Shown: positions 59,099-64,000 of the stretch, piece after piece | Position numbering within the stretch: the stretch's first letter is position 1 | Layout: each line of letters opens with the position of its first letter | From: Gemmatimonadales bacterium | GTDB taxonomy: Bacteria > Gemmatimonadota > Gemmatimonadetes > Gemmatimonadales > GWC2-71-9 | DNA length: 64,000 bases | Assembly (NCBI GenBank): GCA_041615815.1 | Contig: JBFJCP010000005.1 | Coordinates: 1 to 64,000, forward strand | Direction of reading: 5' to 3' | The notes under the pieces: model-generated | Told to the model about the DNA's origin: nothing | The model's input: the letters and a program-made list of their open reading frames with translations, nothing else | Databases searched by the model: none | Translations under genes and position numbers: made by a program

Positions 59099-61690
59099 AT
59101 GTGGCTCCGGCGGAAGTGGTGGCAGGTTTTCGGTATCGGAGTGCTGGGCGTGCTCGTGGTTGGTCGATGGCTGGCGGTCTCGAGCGCGCATCGTCTATGG
59201 TGGGAAGCCGTCGGCGGCGGCACCACCCATCGCGCGATCGCCAGCCTGCAACAGATGCTGCTGGTGACGGCCTTCGCCGCGGCCCTCGTGTGGTGCGTCG
59301 GCAACTTCTACCTGGCCTATCGTTCCGTCGGCGCGGTGCGGGTCCCCCGCCGCCTCGGCAACCTCGAAATCTCCGAAGCGTTGCCGCGTCGGTATCTGAT
59401 GATTGCCGCGATCCTGTTCGGCGTCCTCCTCGCCCTCGCGCTGAGTCATGGTGCGGACGAGTGGTGGCACGCCCGCGCGCTGGCGGGCCTGGTGAACACC
59501 GTGGGCGTGGCCGATCCGATCCTGCAACGTGACGCCTCGTTCTACCTCTTCGTGCTGCCATGGCAACGAACCGTCCACAGCTTCGTCACCGTCTTGAGCG
59601 GCATCGTCCTTGGCGTGGTGGCCGTGCTCTACGCGGCGGTTGGCGCCGTCCGATGGCAGGAGCGCCACGTGCGGGTCACACCGTTGGCACGCCGCCATCT
59701 GGGGGGCTTGCTCGCCGCCTTTGCGCTCGCCCTGGTTTGGGGCTATCGGCTGGAGCCGATGGAATACATAGCGGGAATCCACAATGTCCCCCTCGATGAC
59801 GTCCTAGTCGGCGTGCGGCTGCCGGCCGCTCGCATCCTCAGCATCATTGCGCTCGTCGCCGCCACCGCATCGATCGCGTGGATTTGGATTCCCCGCGCCG
59901 TGCTCGTCGTGGTACCGTGGATCGTACTGGGCGTCGTGTCGTTCTTCGGGCACTACGTGGTCCCGGCGTTTGCGGGATCAGTACGCCCAGCTGGTGAGCT
60001 CACCCTCGACGTGGTGGAGGCTGTTCGCCCCACGCTGCTGGAAATGGCCTACGGGGCCCGTCCAGTCGAAGTGATCGCGTCACCACCGGTCGAGCCGGAT
60101 CCTTCCATCCTCCTTCGCGAGGGTCCCCGGTTGAGCGCGGTCCCGGTCTGGGATGCGTTCGCGGCCACGGTATTGTTGAACCGGTCGGCGCCGCGGCGTC
60201 CCTTCACTCGGTTTTCCCGGGCTCACCTCGTGGCGGTCCCGCACACCGACGGATCGCTGGTCCCGGTGTTGATCGGTGTTCGCGAAATCGATCTCGAGGC
60301 AGCGCGAGCGGCTGGGGCGGAAATCACCTGGGAGCGGGTGCACGGCGACCCCTATGGCTACGCCTCGGGCGCGGTCGCGATCGCGGCCCATCGCGTATCG
60401 CCGGCGGGACTCCCGCTGTTCGTCGCGGGGTTTGGCCCGGGTGTCGGCCTGAGTGACGAGCCGGTGGATCTCGCGCTGCGAGAGAGCGAGATCTTTTTTG
60501 CGCCATCGACGACCGAGTTCGCCGTCATGCCAGCCAGGACGGCCGGTATCATCGGTGTACGAGCGGGCGGGCTCTTCCGCCGGTTGGCGCTGGCGTGGGC
60601 GCTCCAGAGCCCCAAGCTCGTCACATCCGGCATGGTCACGGACTCGTCGCTCGTACTCTGGCACCGGTCGGTGGCCGAGCGCCTCGAGCGCTATGCTCCG
60701 TTTGCAGAATTCGGCGACCCCTATCCCGTCGTCGTCGAGGGTCGGATGTACTGGATCGCGCCGGGATACGTGATGTCGGAGGGATTCGCGGCGACGCCGC
60801 GCGCCGAGTGGCGCGGGCGCAGCGTCCGCTACTTCCGCTCCAGCCTCGTCGGAGTGGTGGAAGCCTCTTCGGGGTCCACGCAGGTGTTCCTGGGCGGGGA
60901 TCCAGACCCCCTGAGCGCGGGTTGGGCCGAGCTCGCACCGGATATCGTGCAAGATGCCTCGCAAGTACCGGAACCCCTCCGTTCGTTCCTTCGCTACCCA
61001 CGAGAGCTGTTCGACGTGCAGCTGTCCATTCTGCGCCAGACAAGATTGGCCGCGGACGTACCAGTGGATCCGCTCGTGCCGTTTGGCGCCTCCGACCCGA
61101 GAGCGCGGGCGCACACGGAGGTGCATTGGTGGCTCGGCCCAACGGCGCTGGACTCACTCGCCCGCCTGCGGCTGATGTCGACCTTCGAGGTCGGTGATCC
61201 TGCCGTCATCGTGGCGGTGGTGGAAGGGACCGTGGTCGACGGCGCGCTTCAGCTCGCGCTCGTTAGACTGCCGGCTCCGTTTGACGCGGAAGGGCCGTCG
61301 GTGCTGCCGCGCCGGCTCGCCCTGATGCGTCCGCCGGGGATGGACGGCGTGGATGGCGCCGTGCGAACGGTTGTGCTCGAGGACGGCGTGCTTCGGCTCC
61401 AACCCCTCTACAGTGGATCCGCCAACGACCTGAATGGCGCGCCACGGCTGATCGAGCTGGGTGTGGCCTGGGGAAACCAGGTGGCTCGGGGCCCCACGCT
61501 GGCCGATGCGGTGGCGGCGATGCCGAGTGGCGGGGCGCTCGGGACCACTCAGGTACCGCGCTGGAGTGAAGCCCGTCAGTGGTTCCGGCGGCTCGACTCA
61601 GCACGGCAAGTGGGTGACTGGACGGCCTTTGGGCGTGCCTACGATCGCCTGAAGCGGTTGCTCGGCGCTACGGTGGATAGCGCGCCCTGA
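59099..61690 (+). CDS. UPF0182 family membrane protein
   Basis: About seven N-terminal TMs; DPILQRDASFYLFVLP, GDPYPVV, LRYPRELF and GDWTAFG. Confidence 0.85.
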   Translation: MWLRRKWWQVFGIGVLGVLVVGRWLAVSSAHRLWWEAVGGGTTHRAIASLQQMLLVTAFAAALVWCVGNFYLAYRSVGAVRVPRRLGNLEISEALPRRYLMIAAILFGVLLALALSHGADEWWHARALAGLVNTVGVADPILQRDASFYLFVLPWQRTVHSFVTVLSGIVLGVVAVLYAAVGAVRWQERHVRVTPLARRHLGGLLAAFALALVWGYRLEPMEYIAGIHNVPLDDVLVGVRLPAARILSIIALVAATASIAWIWIPRAVLVVVPWIVLGVVSFFGHYVVPAFAGSVRPAGELTLDVVEAVRPTLLEMAYGARPVEVIASPPVEPDPSILLREGPRLSAVPVWDAFAATVLLNRSAPRRPFTRFSRAHLVAVPHTDGSLVPVLIGVREIDLEAARAAGAEITWERVHGDPYGYASGAVAIAAHRVSPAGLPLFVAGFGPGVGLSDEPVDLALRESEIFFAPSTTEFAVMPARTAGIIGVRAGGLFRRLALAWALQSPKLVTSGMVTDSSLVLWHRSVAERLERYAPFAEFGDPYPVVVEGRMYWIAPGYVMSEGFAATPRAEWRGRSVRYFRSSLVGVVEASSGSTQVFLGGDPDPLSAGWAELAPDIVQDASQVPEPLRSFLRYPRELFDVQLSILRQTRLAADVPVDPLVPFGASDPRARAHTEVHWWLGPTALDSLARLRLMSTFEVGDPAVIVAVVEGTVVDGALQLALVRLPAPFDAEGPSVLPRRLALMRPPGMDGVDGAVRTVVLEDGVLRLQPLYSGSANDLNGAPRLIELGVAWGNQVARGPTLADAVAAMPSGGALGTTQVPRWSEARQWFRRLDSARQVGDWTAFGRAYDRLKRLLGATVDSAP

Positions 61691-61739
61691 TGGTGGCTTG
61701 CTGCCAGCACGGTCCCCCAGTACCTTGCACGGCTCTGTC

Positions 61740-62693
61740 ATGGCCAATCCCGGGACCATCGTCATCGCGTTGGGGGGCAACGCCCTCGCGCCGGCCGGTA
61801 CTTCTGCGACGATCCACGAACAATTCCGTCACACTCGGACGTCGCTGGCTGCCGTGGTGGCGCTTGCCCACGAGGGCTGGCACATTGCGATCGTTCACGG
61901 CAACGGCCCTCAGGTGGGTGACGCGCTGGAGCGCAACGAGCGGGCCATGCCGGCCGTGTCGCCACTCCCGCTGGGTGTGCTGGTCGCTGCCACCGCGGGT
62001 TGGATCGGATACATGATTCAGCAATCGCTCCAGAATGCGTTGCGCGCGGCGGGTCTACACCGCGACGTCCTGACCGTGATCACGCAAACGGAGGTGGAGC
62101 CCCGCGACCCGGAACTCGCGCGTCCCACGAAGCCGATCGGTCACGCCCTCGAACCGGAGCAGACCGCGGCGCTCGGGGCCCGCGGCGTCGCCGTGGGTCG
62201 TGATGGGCGAGGTCGGTGGCGGCGATTGGCGCCGAGTCCGGTTCCGGTGAACGTGGTCGAAGCCGAGGCCGTGCGCCAACTCGTGGACGAAGGCAAGATC
62301 GTCATCGCGGCGGGTGGGGGTGGACCACCGGTCTATGCGGACCATCACGGCGCGTGGGAGGGGGTGAATGCGGTCGTCGACAAGGATCGCGCGGCGGCCA
62401 TTCTGGGGCACCGGATTCACGCCGACTCACTCCTGATCTTGACGGACGTGGACGCCGTGTATCGGGGATGGGGGACCGACGCTGCCGAGGCGCTACGGCG
62501 TCTGCATCCGGATGAGGCCACGGCGCTGATCGAGAGTGGTGAGTGCGGGGTCGGCATGCACTCAAAGGTCGAAGCGGCCGTGTCGTTCGTGCGAGCCGGC
62601 GGGCGTCGGTCGATCATCGGCCACCTGGAACACGGCTTGGAGGCCATGCGCGGCGAAACGGGGACGGTGATTACCGAGGAGTCTGGCGAGTGA
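61740..62693 (+). CDS. arcC: Carbamate kinase
   Basis: IALGGNAL, HGNGPQVG, TKPIG, AGGGGPPV, VVDKDR and LTDVD motifs. Confidence 0.93.
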   Translation: MANPGTIVIALGGNALAPAGTSATIHEQFRHTRTSLAAVVALAHEGWHIAIVHGNGPQVGDALERNERAMPAVSPLPLGVLVAATAGWIGYMIQQSLQNALRAAGLHRDVLTVITQTEVEPRDPELARPTKPIGHALEPEQTAALGARGVAVGRDGRGRWRRLAPSPVPVNVVEAEAVRQLVDEGKIVIAAGGGGPPVYADHHGAWEGVNAVVDKDRAAAILGHRIHADSLLILTDVDAVYRGWGTDAAEALRRLHPDEATALIESGECGVGMHSKVEAAVSFVRAGGRRSIIGHLEHGLEAMRGETGTVITEESGE

Positions 62694-63829
62694 ACCTACA
62701 CGAATATCAGGCGCGGGCGCTGCTGCAAGCAGCCGGGGTGCCCGTTCCCGACGGTGCCGTGGCGAGTACCCCCGTCGAGGTGGAGACGGCGGCCAAGGCC
62801 TTGGGTGGTGCGGTTGTCGTGAAGGCCCAGGTGCACGCCGGTGGCAGGGGCAAAGCGGGCGGCGTCAAGCTCGCGAAGTCCGCGACGGAGGCGCGACAAC
62901 ACGCCAAGCAGATCCTCGGGATGACCATCAAGGGTCTGACCGTCGAGAAGGTGCTGGTGGTCCCGACCGTCGACATCGTGTCGGAGAGCTATGTCGGGGT
63001 CATCGTGGATCGGGCCAGTCAGGTGCCGGTGTTGATGGTGAGTCCCGCTGGGGGGATCGATATCGAGGAAGTGGCCGCCAAGACACCCGAGAAAATCTTT
63101 CGTAGTGCGATCGATCCTCGCTACGGGCTCCTGTCCCACCAGGCAATGGGTCTCGCCTTTCGTCTCTACGACGACGTCCGGCATGTGCGCGCGGCCGCCA
63201 CCATCATGCGACAGCTCTATCACGCCTTCCAGGCGGCGGGTGGATCGCTGATGGAGATCAATCCCCTGGTGCTCACCGCGGACGGTGCCGTGGTGGCGTT
63301 GGACGCCAAACTGGCGGTGGACGACAACGAACTCGGCCGCCGTCCAGGGATCGCCAAACTCCGTGATCTCTCAGCTGAAGAGCCGGCGGAGGTGGAGGCA
63401 CGCGAGGCTGGCCTCTCCTATATCAAGCTCGATGGCCGTGTGGGGTGCTGTGTGAACGGGGCGGGGCTCGCCATGGCCACGATGGACTTGGTGAAGTACT
63501 ACGGGGGTGAGCCAGCCAACTTTCTGGATATCGGTGGTAGCAGCAGTCCCGAGAAGGTGATCACGGCCCTCAAGATCATCACCAGCGATGCCAACGTCCA
63601 GTCGATCCTGTTCAACATTTTCGGTGGGATAACGCGTTGCGATGACGTGGCCAACGGGATCGTGGCGGCCACATCCAAGAGCCAACTGGACCGCCCTATG
63701 GTGATTCGTCTCACCGGAACCAACGAAGATCAAGCCGTTGAGATTCTGCGTGCCGCCGGGTTCGAGGCCCTGACCGACATGGACGACGCGGTGAAGAAAG
63801 CCGTCAGACTGGCGAGTGAGGCGGCATGA
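62690..63829 (+). CDS. sucC: Succinyl-CoA ligase (ADP-forming) subunit beta
   Basis: [31 protein letters not shown] and [10 protein letters not shown] motifs; GTG 62690. Confidence 0.97.
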   Translation: MNLHEYQARALLQAAGVPVPDGAVASTPVEVETAAKALGGAVVVKAQVHAGGRGKAGGVKLAKSATEARQHAKQILGMTIKGLTVEKVLVVPTVDIVSESYVGVIVDRASQVPVLMVSPAGGIDIEEVAAKTPEKIFRSAIDPRYGLLSHQAMGLAFRLYDDVRHVRAAATIMRQLYHAFQAAGGSLMEINPLVLTADGAVVALDAKLAVDDNELGRRPGIAKLRDLSAEEPAEVEAREAGLSYIKLDGRVGCCVNGAGLAMATMDLVKYYGGEPANFLDIGGSSSPEKVITALKIITSDANVQSILFNIFGGITRCDDVANGIVAATSKSQLDRPMVIRLTGTNEDQAVEILRAAGFEALTDMDDAVKKAVRLASEAA

Positions 63830-64000
63830 GCATCTTCATCGATCGAGCGACGAAACTGGTGGTCCAAGGCATCACCGGCCGGGACGGGTCCTTCCACGCC
63901 CAACAGATGCTGGAGTACGGAACCCAACTGGTGGCGGGGGTGACGCCGGGTAAGGGGGGCCAGGAGTTTGCAGGCCGAGTACCGATCTTCAACACGATGG
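63826..64000 (+). CDS. sucD: Succinyl-CoA ligase subunit alpha, 3' truncated by the window edge
   Basis: Translates as [24 protein letters not shown]...[19 protein letters not shown] overlap with sucC; not in the ORF track. Confidence 0.95.
   Translation, partial: MSIFIDRATKLVVQGITGRDGSFHAQQMLEYGTQLVAGVTPGKGGQEFAGRVPIFNTM

Overview
GC-rich, gene-dense bacterial chromosome segment. The gene order (pyrR-pyrB-pyrC, rpsT, scpAB-rluB, moxR/bat, mutL-miaA-bshA, nuoA-N, UPF0182, sucCD) and the Ser/Thr kinase-PEGA locus suggest Gemmatimonadota, which is an inference. Most of the window is core housekeeping in long, translationally coupled + strand operons (about 6.6-11.8 kb, 12.5-32.7 kb and 43.7-64 kb), plus one tRNA-Ser(CGA). 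I saw no CRISPR array, integrase or transposase. There are two accessory blocks. (1) At 1-5.5 kb, a truncated Ig-repeat surface protein is coupled to a membrane Ser/Thr kinase that lacks the catalytic Asp (HRD->HGN, DFG->DFA), a TPR/FlgD-Ig protein and a beta-barrel. (2) At 32.7-42.9 kb there is a GNAT/NSAR/M20 D-amino-acid conversion set and the strongest candidate for an undescribed system: two lipoproteins built from Asn-Pro-Cys (NPC) repeats, one a 69-aa peptide and the other wrapping a SoxA/TsdA-like heme c domain, followed by a pentaheme cytochrome. Also notable are a Rex-like operator on the nuo promoter and mini-ORFs that bridge operon gaps with overlapping start and stop codons at both ends. 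Many start codons were re-called relative to the ORF track.
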